A stretch of 63,993 nucleotides of DNA, filler included, from Piptocephalis cylindrospora (lineage: Eukaryota), in the NCBI GenBank assembly GCA_003614145.1. It is 4 parts of 4 records of this genome, joined end to end, with 100 filler letters (N's around TTAATTAATTAA, not from the genome) between each part and the next. Parts side by side here need not be neighbours in the genome. Positions count along the whole stretch, not along the records: positions 53,557 to 63,993 come from KZ988037.1; 3 more parts are not named here. One strand, given 5' to 3'. Made by a program: the position numbers and the translations under genes. This document shows positions 61,053-63,993 of this stretch, in pieces (position 1 is the first letter of the stretch; each line of letters opens with the position of its first letter). The notes beneath the pieces were generated by a model, which was not told the origin of the DNA, made no database searches, and worked only from the letters and a program-made list of their open reading frames with translations.

Positions 61053-63707
61053 ATGTACCGTGCTCTGCGTCTATGGACCTCCCGAGGTTCTAGACAGTCC
61101 TGGAGTCGGGCCTGCGTTGCACTCCATCTTGCAACCCTGCCTCACCCTCACCACCCCCTGGCAACCCCATTTCCAGTACGGCTCGCGTCGACCCTACCAT
61201 CGGGGGCTCCAGCCAAGGAAGGATGGTCCCTAGACGCTCCAGATGCCCTGGAGCCCAAACCCCCGCTCTCTAGAGTGCTTCGACAGGTGAAAGACTACCA
61301 AACCCGCCATCCCAAACACTTGCTACTGACCCGCGTCGGTGAGTTCTATGAACTCTACTATGATCAGGCTGATGAGATAGGTACCCTTCTCAACCTCACC
61401 ATTGTCGATCGATCCTTTCGGCTTCAGAGTGTCCGGTTTGGCGGATTCCCCGTTCGACAACTTTCCCGACATCTCAGAACCCTTGTCCGTGTTCACGGTC
61501 GGACTGTTGCACTTAATGAGCAATTCCAGGATCCCATCACGAAGGAATTTGATCGTCGTGTTACCCGGGTCATTACGCCAGGTACCTTAATTACTGAGGA
61601 AGAAGAGGGAGAGGCAATCGAGCCCAGAGAACATGACTTTCTTTTGGTCATCTGCCCCTCCTCATCCAAAGATGCCACCTTTGGCCTTGCTTGGGTTGAT
61701 CTGTCGACTGGTGACTTCTTTACCAAGGTTTCCTTTGACCCCTCCCAGACCATCGCGGACCTGACCCGTCTATCTCCCCGAGAAATTGTCCTACCCCTGG
61801 GGGAATCCTCGGTCGCCCTCGATCGCTCCTCTCTAACCCTTGGCACAATTCTAGAGCGATGGATGGGAAAGGAAGTAGGGAAGCATCTGCTACGGCGACA
61901 GAACGCCGTGCTCTCTCAATACGATGGGGAAGGCGGGGACAAGGCCCTTTTTGACCAATATCTTACCTCTATGTCCCAGCATATTGCATGGGAGGAACCG
62001 TCAGACAGGGCAAACCCTGCGGACTTTACCCCACTGGAGTCCCGGGCAGGCTCTTTCCTTCTTGGATACATGAAAAAAGTCCTAATCTCGGACCAGATTC
62101 CTACCTTGGCCTATCCCCAACGGGACCAGACCCGTGACACCATGAGACTAGATCATGCCACCATCCAGGGTCTAGAACTGATTCGTTCCCTGAGGGAGAA
62201 CACCAAAGCGGGTAGTGTCTTACATGTCCTGGACCGTACCATCACTGCCGCAGGCTCCCGCCTCTTAGTCAGACAATTGTGTAAGTACATCCAGTTAAGT
62301 AGATAGATGCTATGAAGTACCGAGACTCCTCAAACTCATTCCTCCTTAGGTACCCCAAGTACCTCACTCCGGGTCATTGAAGAGCGATTGGATTGGGTGG
62401 AATGGATGTGTCGAGATACCCATCTTCTCGCGGACATTCGTCGTATACTCAAGGGGGTCAAGGATGCGCAGAGGTCCGTTCAGCAACTTTCCCTGTCTTA
62501 TGGCCGGGGATCCTTCCACATCTTACGAATCAGTCAAACACTGAGGGCAGTACGTCAATCACGAGACAGACTCATAGAAGCAATGACCATGGCCAGCACC
62601 AATACTATGTCAAATAACGCACCAAATGGCCTGGATAACATGATGGTTGCCCTGAGTGGAGCTGAGGATTTACTCGCGCATTTGGAGTCCCGGGTCCACT
62701 TAGATAACATGGAAATGGAAGAAGAGGATCATTGGTTACGGAAAGAGTAGGTTTGAAATGGAGAATTTATATCATGAAGGCAGAGGAATGACTTACTCTC
62801 CTCCCCCCTCTCCTTATGATAGCACTTACCCGGAGCTAAGGAAGTTAGAAAAGGAAAGGGAGGATATCCGGAAGTTACAGGAGGCCCTTCAACGTCGTCT
62901 TCAGATCATGATCAGTAAGTAATTCATCTCAAAATGGACGAGGTATTCATGGGATGTATTCCCCATGTAACTCATCGCCAACCAAATGAGGGTAGAATCC
63001 ACCAGTGTCAAGCTACTCACCCATCCCACATTGCATCATGTGGTGGAGGTGTCATCCAAGGGGGCTCGCGCCCTGGAGCAGGAGGGAGCTCCTCTTGCTC
63101 AGGCTCTGAAAGGGAAATGGCGCTATCGTATTGCTGTATGTGCGGACATTGGGTTTACTTTATACATCCATTGGTCTCACCCTCCTCCTCCCCTCCCCCT
63201 GATCATACACCATGATAGGAATGGACAATGTTAGGGGAGAAAAATGCATCATTAGAGGAGCGATACCAGACTACTTATCAATCTATTATTAAAGATATTC
63301 GTCAAAAGGTTCGCTTCTTCCTTTTTTTACGAGGGGATGACCAACGTCATGCTAATCATATCGTGGCCTTTTTGGAGTATAGATCCTTGATTGTGGTCAA
63401 GAAATTACCAGAGTATGCCAGTCAATGGCTCGATTGGACGTTTATTGCTCCCATGCTACCTTGGCTCAAGAACAAAATTTTCATCGACCAAACCTCCTTC
63501 CAAATGGGTATGTTCTTTTTTTAAGATGAGGAGGATACACATTCAAATGGACCCGATTATACTCATTCTGTACGGTAAATAGCAAAGTATGCTCCATCCA
63601 GGGAGGAAGACATCTGCTGGTGGAGAGGAACTTGGAGACCAAAGGAAGGTCCTTTACCCCCAACGATTGCTCCCTTACCCCTTCTACTCCCGTATGGTTA
63701 CTGACCG
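61053..63707 (+). CDS. MSH1: mitochondrial MutS homologue Msh1; continues beyond the window
   Basis: Arg-rich presequence MYRALRLWTSRGSRQSW, MutS-I LLLTRVGEFYELYYDQA, FDRRVTRVITPGTL, GLAWVDLSTGDF, MRLDHATIQGLELI, GGRHLLVE..FTPNDC..WLLTG leading into the P-loop; multiple GT-AG introns. Confidence 0.92.
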
Positions 63708-63752
63708 GGTAAGTTATTTGAGGTAACGAAGGGATTTGATAAGGGTGCACGC

Positions 63753-63753
<1 letters not shown>

Positions 63754-63794
<41 letters not shown>

Positions 63795-63948
63795 CCCCTC
63801 CCCCCCACCGCCCCCCCCCCCGCCCTCCCACACACACCTCCACACCACACCCGACTCACAACACCACACAGCCCACCCCACAATCACTCTTAAAAAAATG
63901 TCGGAGGTAAACAACACCCCCCCCCCCCCCCCCCCCCAACCCCCTCCC
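63754..63948. repeat. poly-C / C-rich low-complexity tracts inside an MSH1 intron
   Basis: C runs of about 40 and 20 nt following the donor gtaagt at 63708. Confidence 0.8.
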
Positions 63949-63993
63949 CAATCCAATCTGGGTCATTGTCATCTCTCCCCCCTCTACCTCCTG

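Overview
Eukaryotic DNA from a compact, intron-rich fungal genome. Gene content (WDR62/MAPKBP1-like, DNAJC17, PRRC2-like), short GT-AG introns with CTRAC-like branch points and orphan secreted genes suggest an early-diverging fungus, plausibly Zoopagomycota; this is an inference and is not confirmed. The window is not contiguous. It is four contigs (1-17799, 17900-35674, 35775-53456, 53557-end) joined by artificial 100-bp N44-TTAATTAATTAA-N44 spacers, so adjacency across spacers means nothing. Recognisable genes: PRRC2/BAT2-like, CWC23/DNAJC17, MOB2, RBL2/TBCA, SLD5, TSC10, DPB4, ARC15, DBP10, KAE1, a DUF1749 hydrolase, PRE5, WDR62/MAPKBP1-like, APE4, tRNA-Phe(GAA), FAB1 (5' part missing), an LRR PP1 regulator, RFT1 and MSH1 (3' part missing). 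Between them sit orphan or secreted genes: one with two in-frame TAA codons, one whose signal peptide appears destroyed, a 6-Cys secreted orphan and a stand-alone secreted I9 protease inhibitor. There is also a catalytically dead PAS/PIM-like pseudokinase and two frame breaks in FAB1. I found no transposon, CRISPR array, rRNA or biosynthetic cluster, and no single novel system is demonstrated. The best leads are the apparently decaying secreted-effector repertoire and the frame or stop anomalies, which could be recoding, ~40-nt introns or assembly error.
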